From: Promethearchaeota archaeon
GTDB taxonomy: Archaea; Asgardarchaeota; Lokiarchaeia; Sigyniarchaeales; SOKP01
Reading direction: 5' to 3'
DNA: 64,000 nucleotides
NCBI GenBank assembly: GCA_019058365.1
Contig: JAHPZE010000009.1
Coordinates: 32,001-96,000, forward strand
Below, piece by piece: positions 49,795-59,563 of this stretch (positions are counted from its first letter, which is position 1; each line of letters begins with the position of its first letter). The position numbers and the translations under genes are program-made. Under the pieces are notes generated by a model. It was not told the DNA's origin, made no database searches, and saw only the letters and a list, made by a program, of their open reading frames with translations.

Positions 49795-50676
49795 GTGATT
49801 CAAATGGGAGATTTTAAAAAGATGGAGCAAGCTTATAAAGCTTCTTCTAAAATACTGGAAAAAAGAATGGAAAAAGAACGTCCGATGGATCTCGACATAT
49901 TGAGAAAGGTGAAAGAATCATCGATAATTATAGTTGCTGGTTCTTATGACAAAATTGAGTTAGTTTTAGAACTAATAAACGTTCCATTCATTTTAATTCA
50001 ACCTTATGAGGTTAGTCAAATTGAATTAAGATCAGATCAAATCTTAATTATTAATTGTCCAGGGAATGTAAATGATGACGCATTGCCCAAAATTAAAAAT
50101 TTTGTTAAAGATGGAGGATTCCTCTTTACTACTGATTGGGCTTTGCAAAATATTCTTGAAAAAATATTTTCTCGTTATTTAAAATACAATCGACGACCCA
50201 CTGGAGATGATTATGTAAGAGTAGAAATATTAGATAAGAGTAATAAGTTTTTAGAAGGTTTATTTGATGAAAAAGCTGATCCAATTTGGTGGTTAGAGAG
50301 TTCTTCATACCCTATTCAAATATTAGACAAATCTCAAGTTAAACTTTTAATTGTAAGTAAAGAAATGCAAGAAAAATATGGTGAAGCGCCAATTGTTATT
50401 ACATTTGATTATGGTAATGGGACTGTTCTGCATATGACTTCCCATTACTACTTGCAAAGAGCGGAGCTTCGCACTAAAAGACATAAAATGAGTGCTAAAG
50501 AATATGCCATGAAAGAAATTGGATTATCTGAAGATGAAGCTGAAATGGATGAATTGGAAGGTTTAAGTCTTGGTGAAGCTGAATCAGCATATTCTACTAC
50601 GCAATTTATTAGCAATGTGATTGTAGAACAACAAAAAAAAATTGCTAAAAGAAAAAAGGAGAAGGAGGATAAATAA
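49795..50676 (+). CDS. Hypothetical protein with class I glutamine amidotransferase-like fold
   Basis: ILIINCPG...IKNFVKDGGFLFTTDWA and YGNGTVLH pattern. Confidence 0.7.
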   Translation: MIQMGDFKKMEQAYKASSKILEKRMEKERPMDLDILRKVKESSIIIVAGSYDKIELVLELINVPFILIQPYEVSQIELRSDQILIINCPGNVNDDALPKIKNFVKDGGFLFTTDWALQNILEKIFSRYLKYNRRPTGDDYVRVEILDKSNKFLEGLFDEKADPIWWLESSSYPIQILDKSQVKLLIVSKEMQEKYGEAPIVITFDYGNGTVLHMTSHYYLQRAELRTKRHKMSAKEYAMKEIGLSEDEAEMDELEGLSLGEAESAYSTTQFISNVIVEQQKKIAKRKKEKEDK

Positions 50677-50764
50677 CAATTTTTTTTAACTAAATTCTTA
50701 AGAAATATAGTTCTACTCCTTTTAAAATCGATAATTTAATTTGTAATAAATTAATTATTTTATC

Positions 50765-52222
50765 ATGGTTGAAAGCCCACGGGAATTGCATGGAATGCGA
50801 CTCATAGGTTATGCCTTAGGTAACTTTGGCTTAATTTTGACAAATATGTTCATTGGAGTATTTCTTTTTCAATATTATGTTTATACCATCAATTTGGACT
50901 CAATCCTTACATCGGTTGGAATTTCTTTACAACTTATTTTTTCAGCAATTTCTTCAATAATTTTTGGAATCCTTGCTGATAATAAAAAACCAGCAAAATT
51001 TGGAAAACGTCGGCCTTTTCTCCTTTATGGATTGCCAACATGGGTTTTAACCAGTATTATCCTATGGTTGCCACCTAAATGTCCGCAAAATAATTCACTG
51101 TTTATCCCTACTGTAGCTTTTTTATGGAGTATATTAATCATTCAATCAATATCTGGATCATCAATGATGACAGTTCATTTTTCTATGCTTACTGAACAAT
51201 CACAAACTCATCAAAATAGAGAAAAAATTGCTGCTGCTATAACTTTCTTTCAAATAATTGCTTCTATTTTAGCTTTGATGTTACCTCTAATCATTGAAAG
51301 TATTTTACCAAATCCTGAGAATGTAAAATGGTGGGAACCTTCAGGGCAAATAGTTTTTTCTTATATGCCTTGGATAGGAACCTCATTTACATCATTTGGA
51401 GTTATTAGTATTCTAATAACATTTTTCTCAGTAGATGAGAGTTTCCATAAAACAACAACTCTTAAAATTAGCCAAAAAAAAGCAGCATTAAAATCATTTA
51501 TTCATCAAATGAAAACACCCTTATGGGACAAAAAATATCGAAATTATTTATCCGTAAGGTTATTTACTAGCATATCGGGAAAAATATTGGGTGTAATAGT
51601 GATACCTTTTCTGACATATACACTATTATTTACTGGGAGTAAGTATTATATTTATGTAGGTGTCTCGATTATAAGTAAAATGATAGGGTTTTATATCTGG
51701 CGGAAATTACTTAAAAAGAATTCAATTCTTAAAATATATATGATATGTATAATATCTTCTATAATTTCTTGCTTGCTTGAGCTAGTATTTTTAATTAAAC
51801 TCCTTTCTGTTGAATTTGAAATTGCTTTCTTCATTTTTACTATGGGTACAATTTTGGGTTCTATGTATGGATTGGGATTATTTGAACCGCCTTTAGCGAG
51901 TGCTTTAATTTATGAAGCTGCCGATAGGATTGAAGATTTAGATTTCGATGAAGCAGTTTCAAAAATTTCTGGAGTTTATTTTGGACTGAACTCTTTTATT
52001 ATGGCAGCGGGTCAATCAATGGCATCTTTTATAATAGGAATAATTCTTACTGGGCGAAATGCTGAGAATTCTACAATAATTACAATTACATTAGCTTCAA
52101 TGGGGATCTTTTATTTACTTAGTCTATTTTTTTTGAAGCGAATTAAATTAGAGAAGAAATTCATAAGCAAAGAGGCTTTAAGCTCTGGAGTCTCTGAAGA
52201 TGATTTTTCTCTTAAAGAATAA
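50765..52222 (+). CDS. MFS transporter, GPH/MelB family
   Basis: GILADNKKPAKFGKRRPFLL motif; 12 TM; GVYFG. Confidence 0.88.
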   Translation: MVESPRELHGMRLIGYALGNFGLILTNMFIGVFLFQYYVYTINLDSILTSVGISLQLIFSAISSIIFGILADNKKPAKFGKRRPFLLYGLPTWVLTSIILWLPPKCPQNNSLFIPTVAFLWSILIIQSISGSSMMTVHFSMLTEQSQTHQNREKIAAAITFFQIIASILALMLPLIIESILPNPENVKWWEPSGQIVFSYMPWIGTSFTSFGVISILITFFSVDESFHKTTTLKISQKKAALKSFIHQMKTPLWDKKYRNYLSVRLFTSISGKILGVIVIPFLTYTLLFTGSKYYIYVGVSIISKMIGFYIWRKLLKKNSILKIYMICIISSIISCLLELVFLIKLLSVEFEIAFFIFTMGTILGSMYGLGLFEPPLASALIYEAADRIEDLDFDEAVSKISGVYFGLNSFIMAAGQSMASFIIGIILTGRNAENSTIITITLASMGIFYLLSLFFLKRIKLEKKFISKEALSSGVSEDDFSLKE

Positions 52223-53287
52223 TTATATCTTAGCAGGATTTCGTATAAAAGTCTCAATAAGCTGAATAGTTTTATAAATATCATCAAGCTTTAGTAATGA
52301 TGTTGGTGAATGAATATATCTACAAGGAACAGATACAACTGTACTTGGGACACCACTACGACTAAATTGAATTTTTCCTGCATCAGTCCCGCCATACATT
52401 GGCTTTTTATATTGATATTGAATATTCTCATACTCTGCATTTTTAATCAGTCTTTTATTCACTTTAGGATTTGATATTACCGATCTATCCGCTACTGTAA
52501 TTGCTGGTCCTTTTCCTATGCTTAAAGGGTTTTCAGAATCTTTTATCCCTGGTACATCTGCTGCAGATGTATTTTCGATTGCAATTGCCATTGTAGGTTT
52601 AAGTTCATAAGCACCAGTTATCGCACCAAAACCTCCTACTTCTTCCTGTACCGCAAAATTGAAAAGAACAGTATCAGAATGCTCTTTTTCCTTTAAGAGC
52701 ATCATTATGTGCAGGAGAACATTACAACCTGTACGATCATCAAAAGCTTTTCCACGAACCATACCATTAGGAAAATCAACAAAAGGACTAAATAATGTAC
52801 CTATACTTCCAATATTAATATTGTTATTAAGTACCTCATCTTCGGAAGTCATCCCAATATCAATATACATATTAGAAATATTAACAACTTTTTTTCGTTC
52901 TTCAATTGTAGTAAGATGAGGTGGCTTTGATCCAATAATCCCATGAAATACTTGATCATCCCCTGATTTCAAAATAACAGACTGCCCTAAAAGAATTCTG
53001 TCATCCCACCCACCAATTGATACGAAATGTAAAAAACCTTTCTTGTCAATGTGAGATATCATAAATCCAATCTCATCGATATGAGCATCTAATAAAATCC
53101 TATTTTGTCCATTTGTTCCTTCTTTTACTGCTAAAACATTTCCAAGGGGGTCTATCAATGACTTATCAGCTAAGCCTCTATTTTCAATTTCTTCAAGAAT
53201 AAAAGTTCGTACTTCCTCCTCATGTCCCGATACGCCAAGTAGATCAGATAACTTTTTCTGTAATTCCTTAATACTTTCAATATTCAA
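52223..53287 (-). CDS. M42 family aminopeptidase (TET-like)
   Basis: AHIDEIG, KAFDDR, QEEVG, GGTD, RYIHSP. Confidence 0.93.
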   Translation of the reverse strand: MNIESIKELQKKLSDLLGVSGHEEEVRTFILEEIENRGLADKSLIDPLGNVLAVKEGTNGQNRILLDAHIDEIGFMISHIDKKGFLHFVSIGGWDDRILLGQSVILKSGDDQVFHGIIGSKPPHLTTIEERKKVVNISNMYIDIGMTSEDEVLNNNINIGSIGTLFSPFVDFPNGMVRGKAFDDRTGCNVLLHIMMLLKEKEHSDTVLFNFAVQEEVGGFGAITGAYELKPTMAIAIENTSAADVPGIKDSENPLSIGKGPAITVADRSVISNPKVNKRLIKNAEYENIQYQYKKPMYGGTDAGKIQFSRSGVPSTVVSVPCRYIHSPTSLLKLDDIYKTIQLIETFIRNPAKI

Positions 53288-53445
53288 ATTATTTCTACTT
53301 ATTAGTAAATGTCTTTTAATTTAATAATTAAACTATTAGCAATTCACATAAAAAGTTTAAGGTAATTAAAAAATGTTAGTTAGAACAACAAAATCATTAA
53401 ATAAAAGAATCTAAAAGAATATAGTAGTAATAATATAAAATAAGA

Positions 53446-55122
53446 TTATTTTTTTCGCTTTTTTAGTTCAGCTATTGATTTCTCAGCTAAGATTAGAGCA
53501 TTATCGTATTTTGATTTGTATTTTTTAACCTGTGCGTCCAGTTCTATTATTCGATTATTTAAATCTAATACCATTTCGCTATTATTATCTAAAGGGGCCA
53601 CATTTTCTCCACCTTTCTCTGCCATTTCTTTTAGAAAGTTGTATTTCTCTTTCCATACATTTATTTCGGTTTGTAATTCTTCTATAGTCTCATCAGTAGC
53701 AACAAGTGGTATATCTTTTCCTTCTTTTACATCAGCTACTTTTTGTTTCAAACGATTAACTTCATCCTCTAATTCTTTAATTCTCACTTTTAATGTAGAA
53801 ATTTCATCTAAATAATCAACAGCTCCTTTTGGCTCAAGCATTTCTTCAAACATAGATTTTCCAGTTTCTAATTCATCAGCAGATTTTCCTCCTAAAAGCC
53901 TCTCTTTTCGCCTCTTTAATTCTTCAACTGTTTGATCTGAAAGGAAATCTAACGGATTAAAGCTGACACCCCCATGTTTTGTTCGCCTTTTTCTAATTTT
54001 CACAAAGAGAGGAATGCCCTTAACAGCTTCACCGCATATTATTGCTTGCCCTTTATCTAGTCCAGAGATGTCTGATTTATTATCATTACTTAAATCTTCA
54101 GCACTGGAAATAGTAATTCCGATATCTCTAATATCTGAAAGATTGTGAACAACCCAAGTTCCCGCTTGAGCTCTTATTGTAGTGTCTAATAGTTGTGGAC
54201 GCTGTGTTCCTATAACAATATTAGCACCAAATTTTCTTCCTTCCTGTGCGAATAATTTAACGACTTCACAAGTCTCTGTCTGCTTCTTTCCAGCAAATAA
54301 GTGAGCCTCATCTAAAAATAAGTAGAATGGAGGTATTACTCTAGTTGTGCTAGCTTCATATAATTTTTTCAGTAATTTTCCAGCTATAGCTTCTTGAACT
54401 TCTAAAGCCATACCATTTAAATTTACTATAGTACACAAATTCGGCGCAACAATATCTGTAGGTTTTAATGAAAAAAGGTATTCTATATCTACATCCCCAC
54501 CTTTATTTTTCTTTAAATCAGAAAATTCGATTATACCATCAACAAATTCACTTTCACCTTCCGGTAGATCTTCACCGGCAACCTTTAAACTACCATATTC
54601 TCCATGTCTATCTAAAATTACAAGAGGAATTCCCTTCTTAAGAAATTCTTCACATAATACTCCCATTGTATAAGATTTACCAGAACCAGATTTTCCAGTA
54701 ATGAAAATCCTACCAAAATTTTTAATTAATAAATACACTTCATAAGGATATCCAATTAAATTCCCTAAAGAAAGTGATTCTTCCGGCGGATTAAATATAC
54801 CTAAAATTTTTGCGATTTGTTGTTCTTTTGCCATATAAACATCTAGCCCAATTTCAAATGGTCTTTTTGGTCTTTCTCCTAATACCGCTAATTTAGCCAT
54901 TCGTCCCTTATCTTCGGTCCACATATCAGTAATATAAAGAACAAAATACTCTCTATTTCCTTTTTCATCTCTCTCTCCATAAATAGTTAAATAATTATTT
55001 CTTTCAACTGGAGGACCTTCAAATACAACGGTGACTGTATGAGTTGTTGTCTTTCCCGTTAATCTACCAACGGGTTTCTCTTCTTGCAAACTATTATTAT
55101 CTTCATCTAACATAAAAATCAT
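53446..55122 (-). CDS. HerA/FtsK-family ATPase with C-terminal coiled coil
   Basis: HAS-barrel-like N-terminus; GKSGSGKS, DRHGEY, DEAH, EGRKFG, TQRP; ~130-aa heptad tail. Confidence 0.88.
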   Translation of the reverse strand: MIFMLDEDNNSLQEEKPVGRLTGKTTTHTVTVVFEGPPVERNNYLTIYGERDEKGNREYFVLYITDMWTEDKGRMAKLAVLGERPKRPFEIGLDVYMAKEQQIAKILGIFNPPEESLSLGNLIGYPYEVYLLIKNFGRIFITGKSGSGKSYTMGVLCEEFLKKGIPLVILDRHGEYGSLKVAGEDLPEGESEFVDGIIEFSDLKKNKGGDVDIEYLFSLKPTDIVAPNLCTIVNLNGMALEVQEAIAGKLLKKLYEASTTRVIPPFYLFLDEAHLFAGKKQTETCEVVKLFAQEGRKFGANIVIGTQRPQLLDTTIRAQAGTWVVHNLSDIRDIGITISSAEDLSNDNKSDISGLDKGQAIICGEAVKGIPLFVKIRKRRTKHGGVSFNPLDFLSDQTVEELKRRKERLLGGKSADELETGKSMFEEMLEPKGAVDYLDEISTLKVRIKELEDEVNRLKQKVADVKEGKDIPLVATDETIEELQTEINVWKEKYNFLKEMAEKGGENVAPLDNNSEMVLDLNNRIIELDAQVKKYKSKYDNALILAEKSIAELKKRKK

Positions 55123-55294
55123 ACTAAAATTGATATTTTAGCATTATATGAAAATTCAAATATATTAATAAGATCTAACTATTTTTTACAATTTAAAAAG
55201 AATATATAAATATTCATAAATCCATTAGCTACTTTTATTGGTTTTTAGTGGATGCTCTTTTGTAAACATCAATAGCACTTGGAAGAAGCTTTAT

Positions 55295-56227
55295 TTATTC
55301 TTTTATATGATATACTATACTCTTCTTGATCATTCTTATTGGTTTATAAGACTCTTTTGCTCTTCTTAGCCCTTCAATGCCTAAATCTTGTTCTCTATTA
55401 ACATAAATAGCATCTACACAGCAATTTTTTAAGAAGAAATTATTGATTGCTTGATAAGAGCCTTCATATTCCATATGAGCCTTCTCAATATGAATCACTA
55501 AAGTCTTATCATTTAACATTTCACCAAATGTATAGGCAGCACATTTATCATCAACACACAATAATCCACCAGTAAAACCAAGTTTCTCAAAATTGTTTAA
55601 TGCCTCATATATTGCGTCTTGTTCTGCTTCTAAACTTTCATCTTCGGTACAAGCTCTTATTATACACCATTCTAATTGAAGCTCTTTGCATTTTTCGATA
55701 AGATCTACTGTTAATACTTTGAAATCATACTTATAATTTTCTAAAAATTTTCGTAGCCATCTTCTATTTTGCCTGTATTTGTTTCCCGCTAAATTTATGA
55801 TCTCTTTCTTGTTATGTATATAATCCCAATTATTAGGATCTTCAAGACAATCCAAATTTAATTCAGAAAATTTCTCGTTTTCTTTTAAACTAATACAGAT
55901 ATCCTCTGGAACTCTATGAACTTCTATATTTCCAATATCCTCAAATAATTCAATAATGATTTTATCAGGATAAGGACCAATCGGAGGAAAGAAGTAAATA
56001 TAATCTCTAGAATCTGTATTTATAGGTTTTCTCCTACTTTTTAAATAATCATTAGAATATAAGATTAAATGCTCCTTGAATTCCATAAATAGAAAATTAT
56101 AATAATTCCTCCACATAAAGAGATTAGTAAATGTAAATTCAGAAATTTCTGGAGGATATTTTTGAAGATACTCGTCAAATAGCTTTTTATAAGATATTTC
56201 AATTGCTTTTCCCGTGCTAAGATCCAT
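55295..56227 (-). CDS. DUF2156 (aminoacyl-phosphatidylglycerol synthase C-terminal-like) protein
   Basis: SEFTFTNLFMW, DYIH...LAGNKY, HIEKA, NREQDLGIEGLRRAKESYKP. Confidence 0.88.
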   Translation of the reverse strand: MDLSTGKAIEISYKKLFDEYLQKYPPEISEFTFTNLFMWRNYYNFLFMEFKEHLILYSNDYLKSRRKPINTDSRDYIYFFPPIGPYPDKIIIELFEDIGNIEVHRVPEDICISLKENEKFSELNLDCLEDPNNWDYIHNKKEIINLAGNKYRQNRRWLRKFLENYKYDFKVLTVDLIEKCKELQLEWCIIRACTEDESLEAEQDAIYEALNNFEKLGFTGGLLCVDDKCAAYTFGEMLNDKTLVIHIEKAHMEYEGSYQAINNFFLKNCCVDAIYVNREQDLGIEGLRRAKESYKPIRMIKKSIVYHIKE

Positions 56228-56318
56228 GGTTATTTTATTATTTAAAGAACTTTAAAAGGATTATCCTTTTAGAGAGAGACTTGAAATAAATCGATTTTCT
56301 AAAATATTTCAAAATACA

Positions 56319-56747
56319 TTAATATTGTTTTTTAATTAATTTCAATATTTCTCTAATGAAATTTTCTACATCAGTTAATCTTTCTTTTGTAAACATTAGA
56401 ACTCTTGAATTGTCAATTTTAGCATATCCATGGACTAATACATTTCTGAACCTAGCCATAGAAGCTAAATTGTTACTCAATGGTTCTTTAATAATATCAT
56501 TACTATCAAGAATCTCAAACATTTCAGCATAGCTTTCTGCTCTTTGAAACCCTTTTACTGAAATTATATGTGAAGCGATATCAATACAAGTTTCAATTAT
56601 TTCAAATAGTGAGTATTTAATAGCTTGAATATCTTTATAGCTACTTAAAAGGACAGATTCAATTTTTTCTTTTTATGGGTTTAAAAAAGCTATATTTCGT
56701 TCAATAATATCTATTTTACCATGAATTAATTGCTTATCTATTTGCAT
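56319..56747 (-). pseudogene. hepT: HepT (HEPN/DUF86) toxin interrupted by an in-frame TAA
   Basis: 143 codons from ATG 56747 (MQIDKQLIHGK...FLNP*KEK...CIDIASHII...RNVLVHGY); TAA at 56673-56675; Rx4HxY motif. Confidence 0.85.
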
Positions 56748-57153
56748 ATCTCAACTCTCTCATATTATTGTAAATTTCAAAATGTGGCTTAATATCTAAA
56801 TATTCTTTCATAATTTTTGCTTCAAATTGAATTCTTATGGTCTCATCACTCGAGTAAATAATTTTAGAATTTTTAAGCATTGAAAAAAGAAATCTTAAAG
56901 GTTTTTTATTTAAAATTCTTATATCTACTGGTGTAATCCCTCCAAACGTATCTCTAAGCTTATTTTCTAATCTTCCAGCTAATTCTGCTTCATACATTAA
57001 CTTCGGGTTAAAATTATCGCTAATTAATAATCCAATATCAATATCTTCATAAAAATCACTATATAATACAGAACCATAAAGATAGGATGCGATAATCTCC
57101 TTATTTCCTGATAAAATTTCTGTTAATGCCTTCTTTATTTCTTCAATATTCAT
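56734..57153 (-). CDS. mntA: MntA minimal nucleotidyltransferase antitoxin
   Basis: YLYGS...EDIDIG and VDIRILN; overlaps the hepT start. Confidence 0.88.
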   Translation of the reverse strand: MNIEEIKKALTEILSGNKEIIASYLYGSVLYSDFYEDIDIGLLISDNFNPKLMYEAELAGRLENKLRDTFGGITPVDIRILNKKPLRFLFSMLKNSKIIYSSDETIRIQFEAKIMKEYLDIKPHFEIYNNMRELRYANR

Positions 57154-57294
57154 TTTATAATAATTCTAATGTCCTTTCAATTAAATATATTTTATGGGAA
57201 CAAACAAAAAATTTATCTTCTTTTTGGTTAAAAAGTAGAGTTACTAACTTTCATTAGTTTAAACTTTTTTATTAAATGTAACTCTCAATTCTTT

Positions 57295-57582
57295 ATGGAT
57301 TTTTGGTTAATTTTAAGAATTATTTTCGTAATTTTTCTGATAATTTTAGGAATTTTCTTTTTCATTATATATATTATATTAAGAATTATCCAAAGGTATC
57401 ATAAATTTCTAATCCCAGGTTTTATGACGCGTATAATTGATAATCCTATTAGAAGAAAATTTATACAAAAACCTGAAACTGTTGTTAAACGAATGAAACT
57501 CGAACCTAGTATGGTTATTATTGAGATCGGATCAGGAGATTGGTTTATTTATCAATTAAGCTTTAAAAAAAGGAAGACTTAG
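57295..57582 (+). pseudogene. Truncated class I SAM methyltransferase (N-terminal TM plus motif I only)
   Basis: DNPIRRKFIQKPE...LEPSMVIIEIGSG, then a stop about 14 codons later. Confidence 0.6.
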
Positions 57583-57584
57583 TA

Positions 57585-58139
57585 ATGAAAATTAACGGAT
57601 TAAAATTACACAGAAAAATATCTTGGTTGGTTGCATTTTTTTCATTAGTTGTACTAATTATAGTGAGTTCACATAAATTTCTTGAAATTTACGACTTCTA
57701 CCCTGTTTTTCATTTGAGTCTGGAATGGACTTTAATGGGATTATTTATTATACATTGCATTCTTTCACAAAAAAATTTGAAACTTTGGTTCCCTCGTATA
57801 TTTAAAGGGTTAAAAAATGAGAGAACTCGTCCCATATACATTTTTAGATTGATACAACTAATTACAAATAGAGTAATTATTATTTTAGGCGCACTAGTCG
57901 TAATATCTGGTTTAGGATATTATAAGTGGTATGCTAAAAGTATTGGAATAGTAATACCATTTAGTTTGCATGTATATTATGATTTTTCTATGATGATATG
58001 CATCATAATTCACATTGCAGTTGGATTTAAATTCATGTCCATAAGAAGGAGAATAAGAACTCGGAGTTCTAATCTATTTATAATTCTTTTAAGTAGCATC
58101 TTAATAATTATGATTACTCTTCTAAATTTTGTACTATAG
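57585..58139 (+). CDS. Membrane protein with TM histidines (cytochrome b/DUF4405-like)
   Basis: Duplicated H-x13-H pairs (FHLS...IIHC; LHVY...IIHI); ~5 TM. Confidence 0.65.
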   Translation: MKINGLKLHRKISWLVAFFSLVVLIIVSSHKFLEIYDFYPVFHLSLEWTLMGLFIIHCILSQKNLKLWFPRIFKGLKNERTRPIYIFRLIQLITNRVIIILGALVVISGLGYYKWYAKSIGIVIPFSLHVYYDFSMMICIIIHIAVGFKFMSIRRRIRTRSSNLFIILLSSILIIMITLLNFVL

Positions 58140-58176
58140 GAAAAAAAATAAAAAAAGGATTAGATAAATTAAATAT

Positions 58177-59184
58177 TTATAATCTTTTAATAATCAATTC
58201 AGCCATTCGGTTAGAGAAACCCCATTCATTATCATACCAGCTTAACACAAAAACTTCATCCTCTACTACCTTAGTCCAAAGACCATTGAATATTGAGCTA
58301 TGTGAATTACCTATAATATCACTACTTACAATTGGGTCATCGGTATATTCTAATATACCCTTTAAACTATTATTGGAAGCTTCTTTCATCTTAGAGTTTA
58401 TGTCCTCAACAGTACATCTATTTTCTACAATTGCTTTTAAATCAACCACGCTACCATCAAGTGTAGGAACTCTCATAGCTATACCATCTAATTTACCTTT
58501 AAGTTCTGGAAACACTAATCCAATAGCTTTAGCAGCTCCTGTAGATGTAGGAATCATATTTGAAGCAGCAGCTCTCCCACGGATCATTTTGGAAGCATCC
58601 CCCGCCCGAGCAATATCTGCTGTTGTCTGATCGTTAGTGTAAGAGTGAATCGTCGTCATTAGACCATATTTAATTTTATAATTCTCATGTAATACTTTAA
58701 CAACTGGAGCTAAACAGTTCGTAGTACAGGATGCATTCGAAAGTATCTTATGCTCATTTGTTATTTTGGCATCATTACATCCTAACACCACTGTAATATC
58801 AGGGTTAGTTGCTGGAGCACTTATTAAAACTCTTTTTGCTCCCGCAGTTAAATGTTTAGATGCTCCATCCCTATCAGTAAATCTACCAGTTGATTCTACA
58901 GCAACATCCACACTCTTACTTCCATGTGGTAAGTTTGCAGGATCTCTTTCAGCAGTAATTGGAATTTCTTTGCTACCTATTACTAATGATTTTTCTTTAG
59001 CTTCCACTTTACCTTTAAATCGGCCAAAAACAGTATCATATTTCAAGGAATAAGCCAAATACTTTGGTTCAAAAAGATCATTAATCGATACAATATCGAT
59101 ATCATTCCAAAAATTATCATATACTGCTCTAAAGAATAATCGACCGATTCGACCAAAACCGTTGATTGCGACTCTTTTCGCCAT
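58177..59184 (-). CDS. gap: Type I (bacterial/eukaryotic-type) glyceraldehyde-3-phosphate dehydrogenase
   Basis: NGFGRIGR, SNASCTTNCLAP, TGAAKA, WYDNEWGFS. Confidence 0.96.
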   Translation of the reverse strand: MAKRVAINGFGRIGRLFFRAVYDNFWNDIDIVSINDLFEPKYLAYSLKYDTVFGRFKGKVEAKEKSLVIGSKEIPITAERDPANLPHGSKSVDVAVESTGRFTDRDGASKHLTAGAKRVLISAPATNPDITVVLGCNDAKITNEHKILSNASCTTNCLAPVVKVLHENYKIKYGLMTTIHSYTNDQTTADIARAGDASKMIRGRAAASNMIPTSTGAAKAIGLVFPELKGKLDGIAMRVPTLDGSVVDLKAIVENRCTVEDINSKMKEASNNSLKGILEYTDDPIVSSDIIGNSHSSIFNGLWTKVVEDEVFVLSWYDNEWGFSNRMAELIIKRL

Positions 59185-59563
59185 TTTATATCACTTTATT
59201 CTTTTTTCAATTTAATTCGTTTTATTAGAAATAACAATCTAAATATGTGGTAGATAGTTTTTTAATTTTCTAGTTTTAAATCGTAAATTTTTGAATTCTA
59301 AAGTCAAAAAAATAAAAAAATCTAAAAATATGGTTATAGCATTCTATTAATCACATCTTCAAAGATGATTAAAAAAGCCCAATTTGTTGCTAAAAAAGCT
59401 TACTACAAAAATCATCTTCCTTATTGGCATTTCTTTAGAAAGGAGAAAAAAAATTGATTACCTTTAAAGGGACTATATTATTTTCTTAACCTAAATTTTT
59501 ATTTAATTAAAAATTCTATTTTTATTAAAATTTATTTAATAAATTTTTCAACAGAATAAGGAT

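Noticed and set aside
56673-56675. Recoded stop (Sec/Pyl) in hepT
   Set aside because: The codon is TAA, not TGA or TAG, and lies at a non-catalytic position.
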